A stretch of DNA of 64,000 bases, taken from positions 640,591-704,590 of the forward strand of contig BPHB01000001.1 of the NCBI GenBank assembly GCA_026003335.1. The letters are read 5' to 3'. Both the position numbers and the translations under genes were made by a program. Under the pieces are notes generated by a model that saw nothing but the letters and a program-made list of their open reading frames with translations, was not told the DNA's origin and did not search any database. Origin of the DNA: Chitinophagales bacterium. Lineage in GTDB: Bacteria > Bacteroidota > Bacteroidia > Chitinophagales > CAIOSU01. This document shows positions 63,762 to 64,000 of the stretch, piece by piece. How positions within the stretch are numbered: the stretch's first letter is position 1; the number at the start of each line of letters is the position of its first letter.

Positions 63762-64000
63762 CTATTTCTATCCTGAAGTGATAAAGCACATCCCCGAAGT
63801 CAACACTGCTATTTGTTTGCAGGGTGCATAACCTTCACCCCCGAAAATCCCCGATGCATGTGCCTGTACCTGCTCCTCAGAATTGCCTGGGGGATTAAGT
63901 ACCAAAAAGCACTATTCTACCAACAGTTTCAGTACAGCACCGCTCTGGCGCTCCCGAAGGAGATAAAAACCAGCCGGCCACAGCACCTGAATGACACTTT

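Noticed and set aside
63858-64000. Two mutually exclusive open frames at the right edge. One is on the plus strand from ATG 63858 (MCLYLLLRIAWGIKYQKALFYQQFQ...). The other is the C-terminus of a minus-strand ORF ending at 63912 (...VIQVLWPAGFYLLRERQSGAVLKLLVE).
   Set aside because: Both are truncated by the window edge and neither has a recognisable motif, so I cannot decide which, if either, is real.

Overview
This window reads as a 64-kb chromosomal segment of a Bacteroidota genome. Support for that placement: four proteins end in T9SS-type C-terminal sorting domains, there is a SprB-repeat/PKD adhesin and a CarboxypepD_reg-type TonB-dependent receptor, NusB is the long form, a DUF3276/PUR-like protein is present, and start codons sit behind A-rich leaders rather than Shine-Dalgarno sites. 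Most genes are core housekeeping: nusB, an MsbA-like ABC exporter, a fused 2-oxoacid dehydrogenase E1, ccmE/ccmF, maf, parA/parB, rsmG, tgt, lptF/G, dnaB, glutaryl-CoA dehydrogenase, folB and tRNA-Cys. Between them are large secreted-protein genes: a 1459-aa adhesin, a roughly 1890-aa CotH/LTD protein, and two paralogous esterases. I found no rRNA, CRISPR array, transposase, integrase or recognisable defence system. The observations most worth follow-up are listed here.
- A translationally coupled operon of an AGPS-like FAD oxidase, GlpD and a DAGK-family kinase, which may be a lipid module.
- A CxxxY (cysteine-type) CcmE next to CcmF, with no other ccm genes nearby.
- A cluster of DnaA-box-like 9-mers and a repeated 12-mer upstream of dnaB, in a parAB/rsmG/dnaB neighbourhood.
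- A 1260-bp tandem duplication inside the adhesin gene.
- The modular CotH protein with four LTD repeats, cysteine-rich repeats and a sorting domain.
- An hsp20 leader with a TGCAA repeat array and an atypically strong SD.
- A decayed HisKA_3 sensor-kinase pseudogene followed by a lower-GC orphan gene at the right edge.
All family assignments come from motif recognition by eye. No BLAST, HMM or numerical composition analysis was run. Several ORF-track starts were trimmed to better-supported internal starts.
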